Shown piece after piece: positions 13,990 to 24,548 of a stretch of 64,000 bases of DNA. Each line of letters opens with the position of its first letter. Position 1 is the first letter of the stretch. The position numbers and the translations under genes are program-made. Source of the stretch: Catajapyx aquilonaris (lineage: Eukaryota); NCBI GenBank assembly GCA_000934665.2, contig KZ537964.1:124001-188000 (forward strand), given 5' to 3'. The notes beneath the pieces are model-generated. The model had not been told where the DNA came from, searched no databases, and saw only the letters and a list, made by a program, of their open reading frames with translations.

Positions 13990-16900
13990 TCAGCGGTACG
14001 TGGTGCTGAAGAGTTGCTGTAGTGTCTCACATGACGGGGTGGCTATCTTCTGTGCTCTGGCCACCGAGCTGCGATCGCCAAAGTTTTGCGCCCGCCATAG
14101 CATAGTTTCCTCTGAAAAAAACAAATGCAGTATTGTTTCTCACGACTTCCGTAACTACTACTCCTGAATGTGTGACTCACTGTAACTTCTCTCCCTGTAG
14201 CAGGAGTGCTGTAAATTGGTCACATACTCCTCCTCTACATTGGCCTCTAGCCGGTGTATATTCCCCTGGTAGTCACGATGGAAGGTATCTCTCACAAAGT
14301 ATGGCACATTTAGCTTGCTCGTTTTCCTCAGAATTGGATATTTCCTGGAAGGAACATAATTTGTTTAGTGCTACTGTCAGTGCTACTCCAGCCGAGTATT
14401 TATCAGGAGGAGGATTACAATGCTGCACACTGGCACAAAACACAGGTAAATTGCTCCATTCCTGTTCTTACTCATCGGGTATGCATGAAACGCGTGACAA
14501 TAACACATTAAACGTCCTCTCTCAGGACTGAAGAACTTCCTGAGTTTCTTTCAGACAGATTTCCCAGCATGAAATCAGCATTAACATTTGCATGCATTAT
14601 GTAAACCGTTAGTGAGCCAAGAATTGTACTCACGAGGTCTGTTGCAGGCTATAGACAGGATCTGAGACAAAGAAGCTCCCCATCATGGAAAGGAAGATGA
14701 GCACAAGTATGGGCAGCATCTGGAGCACAATGGAGTATCCATTTGGCTCTCTGGCTTCCCTAGTGTTATGCCTGTACTCTCCTCCTGCTCCTGCTCCACC
14801 AGCACGGTGCCATCTGCCCTGCCCCGACATTCCTCCCCCTCTCCTGACGTATACGTTGGAAGAGGGGAACCCTCCTCCAAAGAACATGTTGAACAGTTCC
14901 TCTGCGGTCATGTCTGCCTCAAAGCCTCTGGTGTAGTCATATTCTGAGTCGTGGTGATGGGAATGCTGGCTGCGGTGCATGCGCTGCATCCTCTCCTCAT
15001 CTGAGCCGTACAGGTCATACTGCTTGCGCTTCTCTGTATCACTCAAGACCGCAAACGCATTGCCTATAGCTGTCGGGACGAACAAGAAAAGGAAATTAGG
15101 GCAATGCATTCCAAAAGGTGCAAAGGAATAATAATCATTTTCGGCATGTTTGTTCAGCTTTTTTCCCCTCTCGTTATACAGGGTGTCCACAATGAACCTC
15201 CCTAGTTTTGCCGTAAAAAATAGAAATGAGAAAGTAAATAAGGTTTTGGTTGTTTAAACAGTCTGGAGACTCATCAAGTTTCATTCTGAATCTTTTGAAA
15301 GGCCTATGTGATGCAGTGGTGCTCCTGTGGGGGATGCTGTCGGAAGATGCAAACATAGCATCTACAGAAGGGTGGTGGTTAGCTGAACTTAATTTGATCG
15401 CAGATGTGCTGGACATGCTGAATATTTTGCATTTCCACAACTCCAGGACAGAGAGTATGCAACTAAAGTGGTCAGCCCAAACAATGACATGTCCTCCATC
15501 ACCTCTGACATGCTGGAGAGAACCTCGGGGGAGGAAGATTTTCTGCTTAAAATTGTGCTTGAGACTGAAGGAGCAATAGTGAAAGGTTACTTATTTTTTT
15601 TACATAAACTTGATAAGTGTACCTTCTCATTTGTATCATTTCGCCGCCATGGTCCAGTAACTTACGTAGTAGTATCAAGTTGAAACTAGGGAGCTTCATT
15701 GTGGACACCCTGTATTTCCTTTAAACTTATATCAACAACACAGTCTGAGGTTACTTCTGCATTTATATGTCATACCTCAGGGAAAACTGACAGGAGTCTT
15801 GTCAGCGACTGTGAGACCCTCCTGGCAGTCTTTCGCAAGGCCAACCTCATTATCAGAGCATTCATGGACCTCCACGGGGAGAGAGTCCTCCAGGGGACGC
15901 TTGCTTCTAACTGCACAGTGACTTCCCAATAAATTATGAAAACTAAAAATAGGCTACTCCCACTGAGTTAATTTTTGGCAATGCTTGGGGGAAGACCACT
16001 ATGCCCAAATGAGAATGTCAAGGTCAACACTCTTATGGGATTCTGTTTTGTGGGAGACTAAAAATGCTGACATTAGAAAAATTTGTCAGCCTCTTTCCAC
16101 TTTTGTGGTTTGAATCTCCAATAATTACAATTTGTACAGCAGTTCATCTTGAAATGTGTAATAATTAGTTATCTACTGCATGTGAGGATAAGCCAGGAAA
16201 TGTGCATCACCAACAAATTCTGTGTCACTAATCACAGATTAGATCAAAAGTCAAGTCCTTGGTCAGACGTGAGGCACTGGATGTTTGCCTACCCTAACTC
16301 CACTGAGTACTCACTGAGCCCTCATCACCTTTGGTGATTGCAGGCTCCACCCCTTCTAGTGTCAACCCTATCACATGGTGAAAACACAAAACCAAATGCA
16401 AATAAATCAGCACAGACATGTGGAGTTGGCCTAAGGATGCTTACGTACATTTGCTTCCAATTCTACTGCCCATAGCAGAAATTTTGATGGTTGATTGTGG
16501 GAAAAAACGGAACCCGAAGAAAACCCACCCTATCATTGAGAACCCATCTTTTTCCACATGAGAATCTTGTCGGATTCAGGGATTTGAATGTAAGAGCTCA
16601 AAGAAGGAAGGTACTACACCACCATGTACGTACCTTTAAAAACTTCTTCTGCACCAGGAGCCTTGCACTTGTCTGGATGGAACTGTAGTGCCAGCCTCCG
16701 ATATGACTTCTTAATGTCTGCCTCAGTGGCCTCTTTAGTTACGCCAAGCACCTCATAATAGTCTTTGCATAGCTTGATCCTGTCAGTACAAATATGAAAG
16801 TAAATAAAAGTTGCAGGTCTCGCAGGCATGCAACAGCTTGCCTTTTTACTGCGTCCACTTGTTCTTGGGTGTATTCCTTCTCCATGCCATTCCGCTGGCT

Positions 16901-19472
16901 CTGTCCATGGGCTGCCCCTGCCCCCGGTGTTGGCTCCTCTCGATTGACACTAGCTGTCTTCCTGAGCCGGGGTCCCTTGCTTCCAGACGGAGGACTCTCG
17001 GGAGGCACTTGCTGTGTGTTGCTTGCACTGCTGCCTGTGCCGCTACTGTTTCCACCCATATTGGTAGTCCCATTCAGCTTACAGAGCAGTTCGAGAAGGT
17101 CTGTGAGGATGGGAAAACATCAATCAATACTTCCTAATAACTTGACACTTAAGCCCAGTATCCAAGCAAGAGTTTCTCTAGTCAGAGTCCTCTTGTATAA
17201 GAAATCTTATACGTCGAGACAAATTCTGATTTCACCTCAGACCCCTTGGAAGAGGGATTAAAATCGCAGATTTGTTACTTTTCCTCTGTTTCTCTGATTC
17301 GGGCATGTGCAGTTGGCTTCTCTGACAAGAAAAAACTCTCGTGTGGATACCAGGTTTCACAATCAGGCATACAACCATTCCCAAAACTACATAACCTGCA
17401 TACCTCCCCACAAAACCAAATGGCTCAGTCCGCTTCAAACACTGGTCTGCATTTGCAGGGTTGCAGCCTAATTTGTTTATGAGGCATTAGCTATTGATAG
17501 TGTTCCCATTGTTATTGCTGAATGCATTATACATGTGAACCTCAGTCCAATGAATAAAGGTGGGTGAACGATTTTTGACAAATCATTCAATGCAGGTCCT
17601 ATAGACCAGCAAACACAGGAAACAGTGTCATGGCATAATGTGGCGTGTGGTATGGGATATGCTCCCTATGGTACTCCCTCCAACAAGTACTGGGTTCAGT
17701 GGGGCTTAACGTCGGCCTATTTCTGCCTCAAAGGCTCAACACTGACGCCAGGGGGTGGTCCTCCTCCTGGAAATTTGGCCACTCGGGGGATCTTTAACGT
17801 GCACTCGCGAAATGTCACAAGCACACGGGACCAACGGCTTTACTTCCCCTCCGAAGGGAGGCGCACTCTCACTTTTCTACCACCGGGAGAAAAGTCACCG
17901 ACCTCGGCCGGGTTCAAACCCACAGCCTTGGGACCAGAGGCGAGCGCGCTAACCACTAGTCCACCAAGGCCGGCCCTCCAACAAGTACTGAGAGCAATTC
18001 ATGCAGCTACACAAAATCGCTTACAAATAATCTTCTTGAGACTCTGCCTAACAATATTTTCAACACAGACTTCCACAGCTTACAAAATCTCTATCGTCAG
18101 TGAAAGAGACCATTTCGAACAGACCAACAGCAGCAACTCATGTACTCATACCAAGTGCATGGTCTTCTAAACCCACCTTTCCCTTCCTCCAAACCGTGTG
18201 CAATGACTGATCCACAATAGCCACCAAAACCGGCTGTCCAAAACCTTAAAATACTATACATTGCATTGTCCTGCACCAAGATAGGCAACAACTGTTCCCG
18301 ACAGTGTTTACTGGTTACTAGTCATAACAACTGGCTATGGCTACACCAACTCCTTGCACTATTTCGTACCATAGTATTGCATGCCAGTGTAAATGAGGTC
18401 AACACACTGGGATAACCAGATGGCCTGTATAAAGTGGCATAATTTTCCAGATTTACGAAGCCCATCGAAATTATTACAGGTAACTGAATTTTCATTGCTT
18501 CTAAATGTCTACAATATGACAGGAAAAAGAAAAGAGATATTGGTTAGACATGTGCACTCACATTTGTTATTAAAAGTAATAATTAAACCGTGCATTAGCC
18601 TTTGAGAGTGGGCTACTTTTTATATGACACACCCTGCCACATGCTGCAGCAATGCTACAGCCAATGGATGCATCCTCTCAAAAATGTCATCATGGCCACT
18701 GTGCATGGAATACAATGGTAACATCGCCTCCTGTTACATCATTCATGACCTCCCTATTGTGCAGTATCCACGGGTTGAAACAATGACACACACTCGTTAG
18801 TACCCACCATATGTTTCAGAATTTAGCTCACATTAAAGCCAGCATACCTAAGGGAGCTATATTGGCATGATCGCCTCAGACGCAGGAATGTCAACTTGAT
18901 GCACTAGTGTTGCCGACATTTTCACCAATATGGATGCAAGCTAAATTACGAAGCATCCATGACCGCAGTGAAAGTTTGACGAATCGCACCAATGCGTGGT
19001 GCGTTCCCAAGCTGGCAAGAACCGGTCGCGCCTCAAGTGCGGGCGAGAACCAAATCGTCTACCCCATCCGTCAGTAAATGTCCCGCATAGGCTTGATCCG
19101 CATTCGTCAAGCTTCGGAACACACTTTACGTGCCTTCCGCTGCAACACCGGAGTCGGTTACAACACGCCATAAGAGCATATTCTCCACTAATGAACCGTA
19201 TGGCCAGCCAAATCCCGCAGCCCTATTCCTTCGTTTTTTTGGTCCCCATCTTCCCTGTAATCCCTCCCGCTCTATTCCTTCCCCCATTCCCTGCAGTGGA
19301 CTTGGTGAGAGTCCATCCAGTGTATTTATAATGTACCCTTGGCCTTCTTGGTCGGGTAGAGCTTCTCAGCCTTGTGGAGGAACCTCTCCGCCTTGTCCCT
19401 GCTCCCTTCGTTGAACAGCTTCTCAGCGATGGCTATGCACCTCTCCGCCTCGTCCTTGTTGCCCTCCATCAT
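13990..19472 (-). CDS. DNAJB12: DnaJ homolog subfamily B member 12/14 (ER-membrane J-protein), 6 exons, ~420 aa
   Basis: Exons 19337-19472 ([18 protein letters not shown]), 16842-17100, 16634-16779 ([18 protein letters not shown]), 14634-15069 ([34 protein letters not shown] segment), 14181-14344, 13990-14111. Total 1263 nt in frame. Intron 16780-16841 is GC-AG. Confidence 0.93.
15179..15712 (+). mobile_element. Internally deleted Tc1/mariner transposon in a DNAJB12 intron
   Basis: TA-flanked TIR CAGGGTGTCCACAATGAA..CCCTAGTTT at both ends. Decayed transposase C-terminus ([18 protein letters not shown]). Confidence 0.8.
17693..17975 (-). mobile_element. Full-length tRNA-derived SINE with a 15-bp target-site duplication
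   Basis: Minus-strand head GGCCGGCCTTGGTGGACTAGTGGTTAGCGCG (A box) ..GGGTTTGAACCC (B box). Core CCTTCGGAGGGGAAGTAAAGCCGTTGGTCCCG..GCACGTTAAAGATCCC. TSD CTCCAACAAGTACTG at 17678-17692 and 17976-17990. Confidence 0.9.
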
Positions 19473-19654
19473 CACTTCTCCTTATTATAAACTCTGTACA
19501 AACCGGAGGGAAAAACGAGAGAGAGAAAAAAAAAGGTTCCCTTCCGTCCAATGCAACTTGATTAAAAAAAAAAAGAAGAAGAAGAAGGGTTAACTCATCA
19601 TCTGCTCTCGTCCCCGGTTGGGGGGGACACCGTGCGAGCCAGGAGGAAGAGACG

Positions 19655-19720
19655 GGGGATCCGATTGGTACACGACTGGGTGACGTCACTCCGATCGGAC
19701 GCGGAGGGCCAATCGGAGCG
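19655..19720. promoter_or_regulatory. Putative bidirectional promoter core (CRE/ATF palindrome between two opposed CCAAT boxes) for DNAJB12 and LRPAP1
   Basis: GTGACGTCAC at 19680-19689, TCCGATTGG at 19660-19668 and its reverse complement CCAATCGGA at 19709-19717. CpG-rich and located between divergent genes. Confidence 0.6.
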
Positions 19721-19884
19721 GAGCTACTGTCCCGGGCAGGCGGAAAGGCGCACGGTCAGCAGACGAAAATGTCGACATTCGGACCGGGATGTCACCAAAT
19801 TATGTCAATCGCCGGTTAAACAGCTTCTCAAAATTAGAACAGGGGTTGCGGGTGGTCTTCACTTTTAATCTGCTGCAGTTTGCC

Positions 19885-20910
19885 GTTGCCAGGGTGACCT
19901 GGATGGAGGCGTATTAGTTCAGTTAGGTGTTAGTTGTAACAGTGATTAACTGCCAGTTCCGTTCGGTATTAGTTGTAACCATGGTTATAACAGTGATTAA
20001 TATTGGTTAATGCCAGGATGACTTTCAGGTATTAGGGCTTAGCAGGGGGTGTCTCAAGTATTAGTTCCGTTTGGTAATAGCTATAACAGTTATTAATATT
20101 GGTTATAACCAGCGGTGACTTTTGTTTTGAATTGAGGTACTCCTGAAGGTGTCTGAAGGTATTAGTTGCGTTCGGCATAAATTGAGTTTGGGGGCCGGAA
20201 CTCTCTGATTGGTCCGCAGCATATTGTTACCGCCACTTCCCCATTGGCCCGCGTTTCACTTACGCGCAAATGGGGTGTAAACAATTCCTAGCTGTTGGGC
20301 TCTTGGTTGGGTTGGGTTATTACCGGGGAAACTGACCATATAAAATTTCTTCTCTGTATTTTCCCCGACGCACGGTCCCTATATTGAAGTTGTTTTCAGA
20401 GTCAGTTCCCTTCAGGCACAGCAGATAGACATGTTCTCACTAATAGGGCTGTTCGAAGACTGCTGGGAGGGCTATAACGTAGTTACACCCTCCCCCGGCG
20501 ATATGGTACCCCAAAGCCGCAGGTCTAGAAAAGAGCGAGCGAAAGCGAGTGGTTTTCTAGGCCTGCGCCCTAGGAAAATGCGAGCGGAGCGAGGGTTTTC
20601 CTAGTAACATATTAACAGTGATTAATATATGTTATTGCCACGATCTTATTGCCAGGGTGACTTGATTGGATGTATTAGTTCAGTTCGGTATTAGTTATAA
20701 CAGTCATTAACATATTAGTTTGTTGCCAGGGACCCAGGGTGACCTGAATGGAAATATTAGTTCTATTCGGGTATTATAGTTTATAACTTGATTAATATAT
20801 TAGTTTGATGTTGCCAGCGTGACCTGGATGGCGGTATTAGTTATAGTTCAGTGATTAATATATTAGTTCGCTGTTGCCACCCGGATGCGGTATTAGTTAT
20901 AACAGTGATG
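19885..20910. repeat. Degenerate ~70-80 bp tandem array (about 7-8 units), interrupted by a ~430 bp unrelated block
   Basis: Recurring TTGCCAGGGTGACCTGGATGG..TATTAGTTCAGTTCGGTATTAGTTATAACAGTGATTAATAT at ~19886, 20010, 20109, 20649, 20723, 20811, 20874. Confidence 0.8.
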
Positions 20911-20995
20911 GCATCAACTAGGATAGCAGCTGCAGGAATGATTGTAGACTCTGTTATAGCGGCTGTGCTACTTTCCCGGCCAGGTGCGGAAAAAC

Positions 20996-22420
20996 ATGGC
21001 GGGCGTCACGCGATGGATTCTTCTCCTTTCTGTTATTGTTTCGCTTGTAGCCGTGTCGTGGGCGAATGGCAAGACGGAAAAGGAGCTGAAGCAGCTGAAG
21101 GAGCCCTTCAGGATGGCCAAGCTGAACGTGCTGTGGTCGAAGGCCACTAAGGTTGGGCTTCGTTTCTTATTGGGTCCGGCAGGATGACCGCATGTGTGTT
21201 CATCAATATTTGCAGAGGTTGAGCGAGGCCAAGCTGAGGTCTCTGTTGAGCGACCTGAAGCTGCAGGACAAGGAGGAGATACTGTGGAAGAAGCTGAGGG
21301 GAGAGGGGAAGGACAAGGAGGGGCTGAAGGAGGCTGAGCTCAGGAAGAAGCTCAGGGGGATCATCAACACCTACGGTCTGTCCGAGCACTTCGAGGACAC
21401 CGCAGAAGAGGACCAAGGGAAGGCGGACAAGGCGCACTTGAACAAGAGCCTGTTCAAGGACAAGAAGCTGAACAAACTGTGGGAGAAGGCGGAGGCAGCA
21501 GGATTCAACGAGGTGGAGCTGAAGACGCTGCGGGAGGAGTTCCTGCATCACCAGGACAAGGTGGACCAATACTACGACCTGCTTGCCAAGGAGGAGGCTA
21601 CAGACGACGATGGTAATTATTAGCCACATATCCAGAAGAGCTTGGGACGACATCTCTAAACACATTAACTTTCCAGAGAATCACATCAACCGCTTCGATG
21701 ACTTTGAAGAATCAGAGGCTCCATCAAAGACCGTGCAAACTCGTGCCAACATGATTAAGTAAGCCAAATGGCAGCCATTTCACCAGAGAGATCATTCACC
21801 AAGAATATTGGTGTTCATGACACCAAAATTGAGTACACATGTAAAATACGATATTAGACAGCCTTGAAAATTCAAGTTGCCAGTTGGCTCTGTGGAGATG
21901 AGCTGTTCCTCGTTGGGAGTATCCGCACTGAAATAGCCTTGTTCATCCAACCAGGGAGAAGCACCAGGAGCTGAAGAATGGCTACAATCGGCTCCATCGT
22001 CTGGCAGCTTCAGGACCTGAGGCCAAGGAGTTTATCGAGCCCAAAGTCCAGCAGCTTTGGAGCATGGCTCTAGGTTCCGACTTCACTCCAGATGAGCTGG
22101 AATCCCTCAAGGTTTGCACCTAAATTCTGGGCAAGCTCCTCAAAGGCAATACCGATATTCATGTTCACTTACAGACGGAGCTGAAGCACTACGAGCAGCG
22201 CCTGATGAAGCTGAGCCACCTCCAAGCGGAACTGGTACTGGTGGACGAGAGGCACAAAGGGAAGCTGGACATGGACGGAGAGTGGGATGGGAGCGAGGAT
22301 GGTGAGAAGACGGAAGGCCGGAGGATCATGGACGACAAGGTGAAGAAGCATGCCCGGAAGGTGGAGAAACTTCACGAGCACCTCGAGATGCGAATCCTAC
22401 AAAGGCACATTGAACTGTGA
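20996..22420 (+). CDS. LRPAP1: Alpha-2-macroglobulin receptor-associated protein (RAP), 5 exons, ~345 aa
   Basis: Exons 20996-21151, 21216-21612, 21677-21758, 21955-22111, 22175-22420 (1038 nt in frame). Signal peptide, PFRMAKLNVLWSKA, DLKLQDKEEILWKK, FKDKKLNKLWEKAEAAGF, EFIEPKVQQLW, and C-terminal HIEL (KDEL-like). AATAAA at ~22718. Confidence 0.93.
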
Positions 22421-24548
22421 TTGTTCATCTAAGGAACTCTCAACAGACGTGGCAAATTGCATGCATCTAACTGACGATTGCATTTTGCCACTGCAGATGT
22501 TGGTCACACAAGAATCTCAATTTTTTTTGTTACTCAACACTTCCTAAAAGAGGCGATAAGCCCCTGTTGAGCCAAATAGAAGCTAAGCGCACACTATTTG
22601 AAATAGTGACCAACGTAGCAGTGTGATCTCGACGGCTTCCGACCGAACACTTGCCAAATAGTGACACACATTCCATACACGGATATCTAGGGATATCAGG
22701 AGTTGGAATCCCGTTGCAATAAACTCTTCCATTTTGCACAGTGCCTAGTTTTTTTTTTTACCATTTTTGTCATTTTTTACTTTATCCTTGAGTTCTCATG
22801 TACAAGCAAATATTACAGAACCTTGTTTTTTTCTTAAATCTTGGTAATACCCTACAACTTCGAGGAGCGGGACGTTAAAAAATCCCCAACATACACTACT
22901 TGTGCAGAGTAAGGCAATAACTTTTAAGGGACCATCATGCCTTGCAGCGCAAAAGTTATAACCACTAAAGATTCACATTGTCACTAAACCTTTTTTTTTC
23001 GTAATATATTTCCACCCATCCTCCCTCCCTCCCCCACCACCCTCACCTTCGTAACCCCCACAGACTGAAAGTTATCCACGCCGTTAATTACTACAGGCAG
23101 CGGTTCCAGCTCGGAAAGGGGTGGGAGGGAAGGGGGTGGGGATGGTCGATATAGTTATGTATATATGTTCATATATACCGTTATATTCATATAATTTTTT
23201 TTTCCATAATTAAAAAAATTTGAGAATGAAAAGTGATAGGTGGGTTACTCCTCCGTTGCACCTCTAGCAAGGAGAGGGAGGGAAATTACAAGCCATCGTC
23301 ATTGTGTGTGGTGGAGAGGCGGGGAGAGTCAAAAGCAGGCAACGCCTTGCAATTAATGGCAACAATTAAGCCATGTGCTTCCCCCTTCCTCGTTATTCAT
23401 TCATTACATAAGCGATTTTAACATTTAAGGTCGCCTCCGGTGCAAAAAATTGGGGTTTTCGAGGCCGTTGTGTGTGAAAGTCTCACAATCTGTTATTTCC
23501 AGAACGTCACCCTCGCGCCCAAAAAAAAACAAACTGAAACCGTCGTAACAATAGGGTATAAATGATAACGGTCGGATAGATAAGATGGTAACGCACAGAA
23601 AACGGGGAGTTGGGGAAGGAATACCAGAACCAAAAAAATTATGTAATAAACCTTAAAATACGAACCAGTCTTTCCCATAGTACAGATTACGCTTTGCAAA
23701 AAACGACAGCCCGGTTTTTAGTGAGAAATCATTTGGGTCTTACGTCTTGTGTAAAAACTTGGAAACAATCGGCACTTGTCTCATCATTTGAGCTGCAAGC
23801 AACAAAGTTGGTTCAGTCGACATGCAAAAACGTAGGAGGTGGATTTTTGTTTTAATGCCCTCGAAAAAAAATAACCAACGGAAAAAAATAATACATGGAA
23901 AGAAATAATAAACCAATATTTTTACTGCATAGTCTACAAACTACCACCACCATTTTTTTCGCTTTTCGCTAACGTTTCTCGCTTTACATTGAAGGGACAA
24001 AAAATTCGTAATGTGCATGAGAAAAAAATTGGGGGTCTTAAAGAGGGAGGGGGTAATAAACACAATTCCATAGATTCCAGAGGGGAGAATTGAAGGGCTG
24101 GAGGAAAAAAAACAGGCTCCGCACCATTATTGACATTATTCAGTATATAAAACACTTCTGGATGTAAATTCAAAGAGCTCTTTCTCGTGTATATCCACAT
24201 CCCTACTAATATGTACGAGAATGCCGAGCATGCAACTCGTACAAGTTTTTCACACCGTCTTGATCGTGAAGCTGTGCAAATAACAAGCGCTACATGTTCT
24301 GATCCGGTTTAGAGAAGGGGAGCGGGAGTCAGCAAGCTTGTACCGCAAAAAATTGCAAAAAAGATTCAAAAAATTATAGTAAATGGGAGTTGAAAAAAAT
24401 TGGGGTGTTCCAAAATACATGATTGGCCCTACGTTGGAAATGTACCAATACACAAAAAAATACAATGCGACAGGAAAAAAAAGGGAGGGATTTTTTCAGG
24501 GAGGGTGAAAAAAGATTTTCTCAGAATCGCTGGTGTGTGTCTTCCAGA

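Noticed and set aside
15250..15683. Nested antisense gene in a DNAJB12 intron
   Set aside because: Lies within mariner TIRs and resembles a decayed transposase C-terminus.
17880..17975. tRNA gene
   Set aside because: A/B boxes are present, but it continues into a SINE body and is bounded by a TSD. No complete cloverleaf.
17625..18170. 181-aa ORF
   Set aside because: Mostly the antisense strand of the SINE.
19885..20910. CRISPR-like array
   Set aside because: Eukaryotic context, degenerate contiguous units without unique constant-length spacers, and no cas genes.
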